From: Phycisphaerae bacterium
GTDB taxonomy: Bacteria > Planctomycetota > Phycisphaerae > UBA1845 > Fen-1342
Assembly: GCA_963675745.2 (NCBI GenBank)
Contig: CAXXWX010000027.1
Coordinates: 128,001 to 192,000 of the forward strand
Direction: 5' to 3'
DNA length: 64,000 bases
Shown here: positions 17,025 to 26,345 of the stretch, piece after piece
How the letters are laid out: each line of letters begins with the position of its first letter
Position numbering within the stretch: position 1 is the stretch's first letter
Notes under the pieces: generated by a model
What the model saw: the letters and a program-made list of their open reading frames with translations, nothing else
Told to the model about the DNA's origin: nothing
The model's database searches: none
Position numbers and translations under genes: made by a program

Positions 17025-19742
17025 CTACGGCGCCTGATCCGGCGCGTCGCCCTCGGTCGGCGCCTGCTCGGAGACCACCGGCGCGTACTTGTCGCGCCAC
17101 TCGGCGGCCTGATCGGTCTTCTCCCAGCGGTCGTAAATCTGCGCGATCTGCTCGGCGATTTGTCGTGTCGTGGGATGTTGTGAGCCAAGTCGCCCCTCGA
17201 TGACAGGAAACCCGGCGAGTGCCTGCTCCTCCGCTTCTTCAAACCGCTGAAGATCGCGCAGGCACAGGGCATATCCGATGCGGATGACGCCGGTCAGGAT
17301 GTGCTCCTCCGACAGGTGCTTGACGCTGCGCGCGACCAGATCGCGAAACAGCGGCTCCGCCTCGTCTCCGCGGCCGGCTTCGGACAACAGTGACGCCAGG
17401 TTGTTCCACGATGTGAGTGTGTTCGGGTGGCCCGGTCCGAGCACGCCTTCAATCGTCTCGGCAACTTCGCGAAATAGCTGTTCGGCCTCGTCGACCTGCC
17501 CCATTCGTTTCAAGGCCGACGCGAGATTGTTGATCGCCGCCAGCACGCGTGGATGCTCGGGTGGGAATATCCGCCGGTGGATTTTCAGCAACTCCCGCTG
17601 GCAGACGAGGGCCTCCTCGTCCCTGAGTTGACGCGCGTAAAGCTGGGACAGCTCGTTAAGCGCCATCAGGGTGTCCGGGTGCTCATCTCCCAGAACGCGC
17701 CGCAAGCCGGCGACGGCCTGGTCCAGCAGGGGCTCGGCCTCGTCCAACTCGTGCAGCGCGCTGAGCACGGCCCCGAGATTCACCATGGTGACCAGCGTTT
17801 TCGCGTGGGCGGCGCCGTGCAGACGCCGACTGCCATCCAGCGCGCGTTGGAGCACCTGCCGGGCCTCCTGCAATTCGCCGCGTTCGAGCAGGTGAAAGCC
17901 GAGGTTGTTCATCGCGGCAACGGTGGTGGCATCATCCTCGCCCACGTTGGCTTGGAGAATATCGAGCGCTTCACGCAGCAGCGTCCCGGCCTCGTCGGAC
18001 TTGCCGGCCACATCAAGCGTCCCGGACAGGTCCGCGAGTGCATAGGCCGTCTCGTTGGCTCGAGCGCCGACCCGATGCCGTTCAGATTCGAGTATCTGGC
18101 GTCCTAGCCGTTCGGCCTCGTCGAAGCGACCCTGCGCCCGGTAGGTGAGGGCCAACTGGCTCAGGTAGTACAGCGTATCCTCGTGCTCCTTGCCCAGCAG
18201 CGTCCGGGCCTGGTCGACCGCGGTCAACATGTGCTGCTCGGCGACGTCATAGAGTCCCAGACCGCGATACGCCATGCCGATCGTGCCGCGCAGCTCCAAC
18301 GCAACCAGCGGCTGGTCGGCCAACTGGGTGTCGACACGCCGCGCGGCGGCGTCCAACAGCGAGCGCACCGTGAGTTCATCAGCGGACCGATCACCCGGCT
18401 GCGCCGAGGCGAGCATTTCAACCAGGAAGTCGTTGATCGCTTCGGCCTTGCGCGACTCCTGTCGCGCCAAGCTGGCCTGCTGTGCGGCGCTCTGTTCCGC
18501 CGTTTGCGCGCGGTTGCGTTCGGCGGTCGCGACGACCGCTTGCCAGCTTGTGCTCACGATCCCCAACACGAGCACACAAAAGGCCGCGAGCACGCCGCCC
18601 ACCAGGGCCCGATTGCGCCGTGCGAATTTGCGCAGTTGGTACATCGCGCTGGGCGCTCGCGCCGAAATCGGCTCGTCGTCGAGGTGGCGGCGGATATCAT
18701 CCGCCAGTTCGTGCGCCGATTGATAGCGGCGCGTCTTGTCCTTCTCCAGGGCCTTACCGAGGATCGTCTCGAGATCCCCGTGACAGGCGTGGTTGAGCAC
18801 GCTTAGCCGCGTGGGCTCCTGGTGCGTCACGATGCGGGCCACTTCCGCGATTGAACGGTCGCGCAGCTCATACGGCATCTGGCCCGCCAGCAACTCGTAG
18901 CCGATCACACCCAGCGCGTATATGTCCGACCGCACATCCAGTGCACTCGAGTCGCCCGCCACCTGCTCCGGGCTCATGTACTGGAGCGTGCCGACAAGCT
19001 GCCCGATATCCGTCCGGGCAATCGTCACCTGCACGTCGGCGTCGGTAACCCGCGCGACGCCGAAGTCGAGGATCTTGGGCTCTCCGTGGGTGTCAACGAG
19101 GATGTTCTCAGGCTTGAGATCCCGGTGAATGACACCCTGCTGGTGCGCATAATGGACGGCGTCGCACACCCGCGCGAACAGTTGCAGCCGCGCATTGAGC
19201 CCGAGATGCTGCCCGTTGGCGTACTCGGTGAGCGCGCATCCGGCTACGTATTCCATCGCGAAGAACGGCTGCGAGCCGTCCCCGGCATCAGCGGTACCCG
19301 CCTCGAAAATCTGTGCTATGTTCGGATGCTGCAATCGCCCGAGCACCTCGGCCTCGTGCTCGAAGCGGCGTAGCAGCTCCGGCGAAGCCAAACCGCTGCG
19401 AATTACCTTCAGCGCAACGGAACGCCGCGGCTGATCCTGCTCCGCCAGGTACACGACGCCCATGCCCCCGGCGGCAATCCGCTCGCGCACCAGGTAACGG
19501 CCGAAGCGCCGGCCCACAAGCCCGGGCGCCGCGGGCGGCGAAATCCCCTCGTCGCGCACGATCGACAAACCGGCGAGGAAACGCGCGGCGCGCGCATCCG
19601 CTTCAAGCAGTGCGACCACCTCGGTCCGCAGTGACACATCGGAGCCACAGGCCGCATCGAGGAACGTACGCCGCTCGTGCGATGGACGATCCAGCGCCGC
19701 GTGAAAGAGCGCTTCAGCCGGATTGGTTGCTGGTTTGGTCAT
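17025..19742 (-). CDS. Ser/Thr protein kinase with TM segment and TPR repeats
   Basis: GGMGVVY, VALK, HRDLKPEN, DFG, YMSPE; many kinesin-light-chain-like TPRs; start may be 19763. Confidence 0.95.
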   Translation of the reverse strand: MTKPATNPAEALFHAALDRPSHERRTFLDAACGSDVSLRTEVVALLEADARAARFLAGLSIVRDEGISPPAAPGLVGRRFGRYLVRERIAAGGMGVVYLAEQDQPRRSVALKVIRSGLASPELLRRFEHEAEVLGRLQHPNIAQIFEAGTADAGDGSQPFFAMEYVAGCALTEYANGQHLGLNARLQLFARVCDAVHYAHQQGVIHRDLKPENILVDTHGEPKILDFGVARVTDADVQVTIARTDIGQLVGTLQYMSPEQVAGDSSALDVRSDIYALGVIGYELLAGQMPYELRDRSIAEVARIVTHQEPTRLSVLNHACHGDLETILGKALEKDKTRRYQSAHELADDIRRHLDDEPISARAPSAMYQLRKFARRNRALVGGVLAAFCVLVLGIVSTSWQAVVATAERNRAQTAEQSAAQQASLARQESRKAEAINDFLVEMLASAQPGDRSADELTVRSLLDAAARRVDTQLADQPLVALELRGTIGMAYRGLGLYDVAEQHMLTAVDQARTLLGKEHEDTLYYLSQLALTYRAQGRFDEAERLGRQILESERHRVGARANETAYALADLSGTLDVAGKSDEAGTLLREALDILQANVGEDDATTVAAMNNLGFHLLERGELQEARQVLQRALDGSRRLHGAAHAKTLVTMVNLGAVLSALHELDEAEPLLDQAVAGLRRVLGDEHPDTLMALNELSQLYARQLRDEEALVCQRELLKIHRRIFPPEHPRVLAAINNLASALKRMGQVDEAEQLFREVAETIEGVLGPGHPNTLTSWNNLASLLSEAGRGDEAEPLFRDLVARSVKHLSEEHILTGVIRIGYALCLRDLQRFEEAEEQALAGFPVIEGRLGSQHPTTRQIAEQIAQIYDRWEKTDQAAEWRDKYAPVVSEQAPTEGDAPDQAP

Positions 19743-20337
19743 CTGTTGTGAACCGTCCCGCACGAGTCTCCCTCTTGGTCATTTCATTAAGCAGCCAGGC
19801 TCGGGCATAACGCCAGTCGCGGGAGACAATCTCGGCCGGCTGTTGCAGAGTAGCCGCGGCCTCGTCAACACTGAGGCCCAGGAAGTAACACAGGTGAACG
19901 ATCTCGGCCTTACCCGGGGCGTGCTCGCGCAAACTGTCGAGCGCGTCCTCAAGCGCGAGAATATCTATCTCGGGCGCCTCGATCGCAATCCCGCTATCGT
20001 CGAAGGCCACGCGCTGCTCCGTGCGTCCCAGGCCCTGTTTGCGAGTCTGCCGCGCGCGCTGCACGAGGACGCCACGAATCGCCTGGGCGGCCAGATTGAA
20101 GAAACGTCGGCGATGCTCCTGGCTGGCGCCCGCCTGATCGACCAGCCGGCTGTATGCATCCTGTACGAGCGTTGTGGGGAGCAATGTCTGACCGCTGGGG
20201 CTGTCGGCCAGGCGCTCGCGCGCGACGCTGCCCAGCTCGGCGTGTATCAGCGGCAGCAATCGGTCCGAAGCGCGCCGATCCCCGGCGCCGAGCGCCGTAA
20301 GCAGTTGTGTCACCTGTGAAGAATCCGCGTGTCCCAT
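19714..20337 (-). CDS. ECF-type sigma factor (TIGR02999 planctomycete type), kinase-coupled
   Basis: VTQLL, LLPLIHAEL, QTLLPTTLVQDAY, RDWRYARAWL; overlaps the kinase start. Confidence 0.85.
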   Translation of the reverse strand: MGHADSSQVTQLLTALGAGDRRASDRLLPLIHAELGSVARERLADSPSGQTLLPTTLVQDAYSRLVDQAGASQEHRRRFFNLAAQAIRGVLVQRARQTRKQGLGRTEQRVAFDDSGIAIEAPEIDILALEDALDSLREHAPGKAEIVHLCYFLGLSVDEAAATLQQPAEIVSRDWRYARAWLLNEMTKRETRAGRFTTDDQTSNQSG

Positions 20338-20426
20338 CTGGCCCTCAATCAGCAGGGATTGTACCGGATTTCGGCCGCACCGCGGCCATTGCGGTCGAGT
20401 CGATTCCCGGGGACGCGGCGTGGCGC

Positions 20427-23111
20427 TCAGGGCGTCGCGTTATCGCCGGGCTGCGGGGGCGAGGCTGCGTATTCCGCCTTCACTTTCAGGCCATCGAGTG
20501 CCCCGCCGGTGCTGGATCGCAATCGCAGGGCGGCGGCGAATCCCCCGCCACCGTTGGTGACCTTCAGCATCAGTTGGTTCCAGCCGGCTGTGAGCCGGGC
20601 CTCGAACTTGTCCGCGCCGGGCGTGCAGCCGCGCGGTACGTTGTGTGCGTGCACGACCTCGCCGTTAATCCACATTTTCACGCCGTCGTCGCTGCCCAAC
20701 TCGACACGCACATCGCACGCGCTGGGCGAATACACCTGCGTAAAGAGGTACTTGGCGGCGTCACTCGTCGCGGTTGGCAGGTTCAAATCGACCAGCCAAT
20801 AGTGATTATCGCCGTCCACGCGCGGCTGGACCTGCCACTCCGTCCGCCCGGCGCCCGGCTTCTCTGGCGCAAACGGGATATCGTGCAGCTCGTGCCCGTT
20901 CCTGCCCTTTTTCTGGTATGGGCCGGCGACAAGCCAGCGCGTGATGTAGCCCTCAAACTCGTCGGCCCGGCGGGTCAACTGCGCCGCTCGCGCGCTCAGT
21001 TCCTCGGAGATGTCCAGCGCCTCGACGCGCTCGACCGCCGGACGCGCGGCCTCCCAACCGTCGGGCAGCAGACCGTCGACAACCGAAACCAATGCCGCGG
21101 CAGCTTCGTCGCGCAGCTCATCCTCTTCGAGATAGCGCGCGAGCAACGAGACCGTTTCGTCAGCATATACGCCGCCCAACTTGCCGATCAGCAGCTTGCG
21201 TTCCTCGTCCCGCCGCGCCACATCCAACCCACGGGCATACAGCGCCAGCTTGCTGGCCGCAGACCGCTCGGTATCCAGGGCCGCGAGGCGCGCATAGGCG
21301 CGCATGGCCAATACGTGATCGCGCATGGCGGCGGTTTCGGTTGCGATTTCCAGCACCGCCCCCGCAGCCTCGTCATTGGGCCACTCGTTAAATGCGCGAA
21401 TCGCCGCGGTGCTGACATCCTTGCGTTTGTCGCGCGCGGCGTGCGCGACCGCCGCCAGCACTTCCTTTCCGCCGATTCGCGCCAGCACGCGCAATAGCGA
21501 GCAGTACTCGTCGGCATCACCGGGATCGAGCGCGGTCAACAGCGGCGCCGCCGCCCGCACCGGGTCATGCGCGCGCAGAGAGGTGTCCGATAGCGCCTGC
21601 TCAAGCGCGGTTCGTTCGGCCGCGCTTTCGACGCGCGGGAGCAGCTCAATCAGCCGCGGCACGACAGACTCATCGCCGAGTATGCCCACAGCTTCAAACG
21701 CGGCGCGACGAACCTGCTCCTGATCAGCGGTGGTCTGCGCGAGGATTACCTCCAGTTGGTTAACCGCGCGCCGATCGGTTAGTGCACCAAGCAGCGTGAC
21801 GCGCGCCGGCATGGGGGCATCCGTCAGGCGCCCGGCGATTATGTCCGAGGTCTCGGCGGATTCAATCCGCGCCAGCGCCCCACGCACCGCCTCGCGCTCA
21901 GCGGGTTCACACTGCGGCAGAATGTCAATCAGCGGGCCGACCGCGTCAGCTTGACCGAGTGTTGCGGCAGCGGCGATTGCAGCGCGACAGACCGCCGTAT
22001 CAGCGTCCATCAGGCACTTGAGCACGACGGGTAGCGCGGTAACGTCGCCGCGCCGTTCTAGTACATCGAGCATGTTGACGCGCAGGTTCTCATCGTCGGC
22101 ATTCAGCAGATCAACAAAGGCCTGAGTAACACCCTCTCCCTTGATATCCACTGCGAGATACCCCGCCGCGGCGCGCACCTCGGGGCTCGCATCCGTCAAT
22201 GCCGCCACAATGCTGTCGATCGCCTGCGCCCCGCGCGTGCGCGCCAGGCCGTAGAGCACGGCGCAGCGCACGTGGTCATCCTGCATGGCGAACCGCGGCG
22301 GTTCGGCGTTGGCGTTTTTCGACGATGACTGACGCTCAAAGCGGCGCAACGCCGTCGCCACGATTTGCGAGCGATCGAACCATCCGTCAGCACCGGCGGC
22401 CTCCGAGCCATCACCGACAGGCGCGCCAATACTGGCCAGGGCCCATAGCGCCGCCATGCGCGTCACGCCGTCACCGCTATCGAGCTCGGCCATCAGGGCA
22501 TCGGTGGCCATCCGGTCTTGCAGCATGCCCAGCGCGTCGATCACGGCCAGATGACCTCGTCCCCTGGTGCGCGGCAGCGGCTCGCGAAACGCAGCGGCCA
22601 CGGCGTCACCACCGATCGCCAGCAGAGCCTGCGCAGCAGTCAGGCACAGATCATCGTCCTCGAGCAGCGGCGTCAGGTACTCCACGCCGCCGGCGCCACC
22701 AGCCAATTGCAGTTGGCGCACCAGAAAACGCTTGACCTCCGCCGGCGCCTCTTCGCCCAGGGCGCTGCCAAGCGCCGAGGTGTACCGTTCACGCAGCGCG
22801 GCGGCCCCCGGGTCGCCGGCACAGAACGTGATGGCGCTGAGCGCCAGGCGAGCCTGGGTGTCATCGCCGGCACCGGGCTCGACCAACAACGCGCATAACT
22901 CCGCAATGTCCGCGCTGGTCAGCCGAGCCAGTTCGGCGCGCAACGCATCGCGCTGCGCCGGCGTCGCTGCGGGCACGGAATTCAGCACGGACTCGACACG
23001 CTGGCCTGCCAGACCTCGCGCACAGCACGCGAGCATTAGCAGCACCAGGGCGGCGCGCACCGCACCGGCCGAGCCCCGCATGACACGTTGCCGCAACCTG
23101 CCTGAGATCAT
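20427..23111 (-). CDS. secreted HEAT-repeat protein with C-terminal PA14-like/GSDDG beta domain
   Basis: GGAGGAG SD, signal peptide, HEAT/PBS repeats, LGSDDGVKMWING...GWNQLMLKV. Confidence 0.8.
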   Translation of the reverse strand: MISGRLRQRVMRGSAGAVRAALVLLMLACCARGLAGQRVESVLNSVPAATPAQRDALRAELARLTSADIAELCALLVEPGAGDDTQARLALSAITFCAGDPGAAALRERYTSALGSALGEEAPAEVKRFLVRQLQLAGGAGGVEYLTPLLEDDDLCLTAAQALLAIGGDAVAAAFREPLPRTRGRGHLAVIDALGMLQDRMATDALMAELDSGDGVTRMAALWALASIGAPVGDGSEAAGADGWFDRSQIVATALRRFERQSSSKNANAEPPRFAMQDDHVRCAVLYGLARTRGAQAIDSIVAALTDASPEVRAAAGYLAVDIKGEGVTQAFVDLLNADDENLRVNMLDVLERRGDVTALPVVLKCLMDADTAVCRAAIAAAATLGQADAVGPLIDILPQCEPAEREAVRGALARIESAETSDIIAGRLTDAPMPARVTLLGALTDRRAVNQLEVILAQTTADQEQVRRAAFEAVGILGDESVVPRLIELLPRVESAAERTALEQALSDTSLRAHDPVRAAAPLLTALDPGDADEYCSLLRVLARIGGKEVLAAVAHAARDKRKDVSTAAIRAFNEWPNDEAAGAVLEIATETAAMRDHVLAMRAYARLAALDTERSAASKLALYARGLDVARRDEERKLLIGKLGGVYADETVSLLARYLEEDELRDEAAAALVSVVDGLLPDGWEAARPAVERVEALDISEELSARAAQLTRRADEFEGYITRWLVAGPYQKKGRNGHELHDIPFAPEKPGAGRTEWQVQPRVDGDNHYWLVDLNLPTATSDAAKYLFTQVYSPSACDVRVELGSDDGVKMWINGEVVHAHNVPRGCTPGADKFEARLTAGWNQLMLKVTNGGGGFAAALRLRSSTGGALDGLKVKAEYAASPPQPGDNATP

Positions 23112-23125
23112 CACACCAACTCCTC

Positions 23126-24415
23126 CTACAGATGCCACGGCGCCCGCATCGGTACATGCACCAGGCGGTTGGCCTGCTCGTCACCCACAACTTCCTCGCG
23201 CTGTGGATCCCAGCGCAACGTGCGCCCCGTGCGAATCGCGATGATCGCCAGGTTGACCAGCGAGCACGAGCGATGTGACGATCCCTCACTGAGCCCCGAC
23301 TTCTGACGAGTTCGCACCGCCTCTTCGAATTCGAGCAAGCGCGGCGGGTCGGGCACGCCGGCAAGTTGATCAAACAGCCCCGGCGGATCAGTGCGATAGT
23401 TGTCAAACACCCTGCCGCGCGGCCCCTCGATCAACGGCATCCCGGGTGGGTCGGGAGCCCCCCATTCGCCGCTGTTGATCGTGATGGTGTCGCCGTCGGC
23501 GTACTTCATCGTCACCCGTTCCCACATGCCGACCGCGTCCGGGTGTTGCGGCCAGGGCGCGATCGCGGAAACCTCCACCGGCCCGACATCATCCTTACCC
23601 AGTATGTACTGAATCGGATCAAGGTAGTGCTGCCCCATGTCGGTCAATCCGCCGCCATCGTAATCCCAGTATCCCCGGAAACTGGCGTGGACACGGTGAG
23701 GGTGGTAGGGCTTGAACGGTGCCGGCCCGAGCCACATATCGTAGTCCAATACATCGGGAACCGGCCGCGGCGTCAGGTTTTCCCGGCCGCTCCATTCCTT
23801 AATCTTCCAGTTAAAGCCCAGGTTACGACTGAGCCGCACCGTCAAGGGCCGGCCCAGCAGTCCGCTGCTGACCAGCTTTCTGAGCAGCTTGGATGCGCCA
23901 AACTGGTAATAGGTGCGATAGCGGAAAAACGTGTTTACGTGGTAGATGCGACCGTATCGGCGGATGGCTTCACGCAGGGCGATGCCCTCGCCGATGGTGT
24001 GCGACATGGGCTTTTCACCGAGCACGTCAAAGCCGGCCTGCGCGGCGGCGATGCACATCAGCGCGTGCCAGTGGGGCGGCGTGGCGATGTGGATCGTATC
24101 GATGTCGGTGCGATCCAGCACGCGGCGCCAGTCGCTATAAGCCTTGCACGGGCCGCCGGCTTTCTCCAGGCCACGAGCCAGGTGGTTCTGATCGACGTCA
24201 CAAACCGCCAGCGTGACCGGCGGCCGGCCGGCGTCGTTCTTGACAACGTGTCCCATGCCCATGCCGCCCGTGCCGATCACGGCGCGGGTAATGACCTCGC
24301 TTGGCGGCGTATACCCGACTCCGCCAAGTACATGCCGCGGCACGATGTGGAACAGCGCCCCGGCTGTGAGCGCGTGTTTGACAAACTTGCGTCGGGTGAC
24401 TCTCTGGCTGTCCAT
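23126..24415 (-). CDS. Tat-exported Gfo/Idh/MocA oxidoreductase
   Basis: TRRKF Tat motif, IGTGGMG, ATPPHWH, EKP, DYDGGGLTDMGQHYLD. Confidence 0.9.
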   Translation of the reverse strand: MDSQRVTRRKFVKHALTAGALFHIVPRHVLGGVGYTPPSEVITRAVIGTGGMGMGHVVKNDAGRPPVTLAVCDVDQNHLARGLEKAGGPCKAYSDWRRVLDRTDIDTIHIATPPHWHALMCIAAAQAGFDVLGEKPMSHTIGEGIALREAIRRYGRIYHVNTFFRYRTYYQFGASKLLRKLVSSGLLGRPLTVRLSRNLGFNWKIKEWSGRENLTPRPVPDVLDYDMWLGPAPFKPYHPHRVHASFRGYWDYDGGGLTDMGQHYLDPIQYILGKDDVGPVEVSAIAPWPQHPDAVGMWERVTMKYADGDTITINSGEWGAPDPPGMPLIEGPRGRVFDNYRTDPPGLFDQLAGVPDPPRLLEFEEAVRTRQKSGLSEGSSHRSCSLVNLAIIAIRTGRTLRWDPQREEVVGDEQANRLVHVPMRAPWHL

Positions 24416-24546
24416 ATCATGTCCTCGAATGCGGCGCCCGCGTGACGGAAACGCGTAGCAGGCCATGCTATGCGACGACGCGGCCGGCGGGTAGCGCAAA
24501 ACTCACTGCGAGATTATGGTCTTCACCGGTTTCACCGGTTGAAAAC

Positions 24547-26057
24547 CAATGGTGTCCGGGAGTTTGCCGGACATCGGGTAATACCTAACATTGTCCGTAC
24601 TTGCGCCCGGGGCGCGTTTCTGCTCTACTGTGGCGCATGGCCCACAAGGACACGCAACGCGAACGGACGGTGACGCCGATTCCTCGGCGGCCCGACCAGC
24701 TTGACGGTCGGCGGCTCTTCCGCCAGATCGACGAGCACCTGCGCCATCTCCACAGCTTGCCGGCCCACGGCAACCGCACCTTCTTCTACGACCAACTCGT
24801 GGTCGCCCACCTGCTGGCCTTCTTCAACCCCGTGCTGCACAGCCTCCGCCGTATCGAAGACGCCTTCGACCTGCCCAGCGTGCGACGCCTCTTCGGTATC
24901 CACGCCGCCGCCAAAAGCACCGTCGCCGACGCCCAACGCCTCTTCGATCCGCAACGGTTGCAGCCGATTTTCGAGGACCTCAAGCACCGCGCCAACATCC
25001 AGCCGCACGACGCCCGCCTCGACCAACTCACCCGGGAACTGATCGCCGTCGACGGCACGTTCTTCAACGTCGCCAGCCGCATCCCCTGGGCCCTCTACAA
25101 CCGCAAGTCCGCCGGCGACGCGCCCAAGAAGACCGGCCGCCGCGGAAAGACCACCCGCGGCAACGTGCGCGCCCACGTGCATTTCGACATCCTGCGCGGC
25201 GTGCCGGAGCACTTCACGCTCACCGGCGGAACGGCTTCGGAAGGCGGGCAACTGCAAACCAGTCTGCGGCCCGAACACTGTTACGTGCTCGACCGCGGCT
25301 TTCAGTCTTACCACCTGCTGGGCGACATCATTCAGGCCGACAGCGATTTCGTGGTGCGGCTGCGGAAGAGCGCCCGCTGCGAAGTGCTTGAGCCGCGCGG
25401 GCTGACCGCCGCCGACCTGGCCGCCGGCGTGCAGAGCGACACGCTGGTGCGAGTCGGCTGGCGGACCGAGCGCACGGCGGAGTTGCCGCCCTTGCGGCGG
25501 GTGGCGGTGAGTGTGGCCGACAAGGACGAACCGCTGGTGCTGTTGACCAGTTGCGTAGACCTGCCGGCGGAGCTGATCGCGTTGATCTACAAGCATCGCT
25601 GGCAGGTTGAGCTGTTTTTCCGCTGGTTGAAGTGCATGGCGCACCTGGAGCACTTTTATTCCGAGTCGCCGCAGGGCATGACGCTGCAGCTTTACGTGAC
25701 GCTGATCGCGACGTTGCTGATCGCGCTGGAGACCGGGGCGCGTCCGAGCGTGTATGACTTTTCGTTGATGAGCATGGTGATGAACGGCATGGCCCCGCTG
25801 GAAGAGGCCCTGGCCGTGGCGGCCAAACGCCGCACCGAGCGCGAGCGTGCCGCCCGGCGGCGACGTGAAAAGGCGGCGCAAAAAAGCAGCGACTAGGCCC
25901 CCGCGCCGGTCCGCGCTCGGACCAGCGCGGCCCGGAGTATGCGCCCCAGGCGCTCGCCGCGGCGCTACGCCACGTCGTCGCCCCTTCCATGTTCGCGTCA
26001 ATCTCACCACAATGCACTCAATCTACGCGCCCAGAAAGCAGGTCCCGGACACCATTG
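24547..26057 (+). mobile_element. IS4-family insertion sequence
   Basis: 15-bp terminal IRs CAATGGTGTCCGGGA (24547-61)/TCCCGGACACCATTG (26043-57); 9-bp TSD GTTGAAAAC at 24538-46 and 26058-66. Confidence 0.93.
24637..25896 (+). CDS. IS4-family DDE transposase
   Basis: AVDGT, LDRGF, YKHRWQVELFFRWLK (YREK-type signature). Confidence 0.93.
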   Translation: MAHKDTQRERTVTPIPRRPDQLDGRRLFRQIDEHLRHLHSLPAHGNRTFFYDQLVVAHLLAFFNPVLHSLRRIEDAFDLPSVRRLFGIHAAAKSTVADAQRLFDPQRLQPIFEDLKHRANIQPHDARLDQLTRELIAVDGTFFNVASRIPWALYNRKSAGDAPKKTGRRGKTTRGNVRAHVHFDILRGVPEHFTLTGGTASEGGQLQTSLRPEHCYVLDRGFQSYHLLGDIIQADSDFVVRLRKSARCEVLEPRGLTAADLAAGVQSDTLVRVGWRTERTAELPPLRRVAVSVADKDEPLVLLTSCVDLPAELIALIYKHRWQVELFFRWLKCMAHLEHFYSESPQGMTLQLYVTLIATLLIALETGARPSVYDFSLMSMVMNGMAPLEEALAVAAKRRTERERAARRRREKAAQKSSD

Positions 26058-26159
26058 GTTGAAAACCGGTACCACACTTGCTGAGATGCGCGGCTTTCAA
26101 GACACGCGCCGCCACGCCGCTGGACACCACCGGCGGCGTGGCGTACCTTTGTCTGCACA

Positions 26160-26233
<74 letters not shown>

Positions 26234-26345
26234 GTCGGGACAGTGCAGCGCACCGACGAACGAAACAACCCCATCGTGGGGCGCGACGGTCCGACATTAG
26301 GCGACAACGTCCGGCTCGGGGGCCGGACGCTACGGCTGCCGCACG

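Noticed and set aside
24625..26010. 461-aa antisense ORF over the IS4 transposase, and similar long shadows (50416-51918, 36249-37352, 23366-24445, 39242-40360)
   Set aside because: Opposite-strand frames of well-supported genes; expected in high-GC DNA; no motifs
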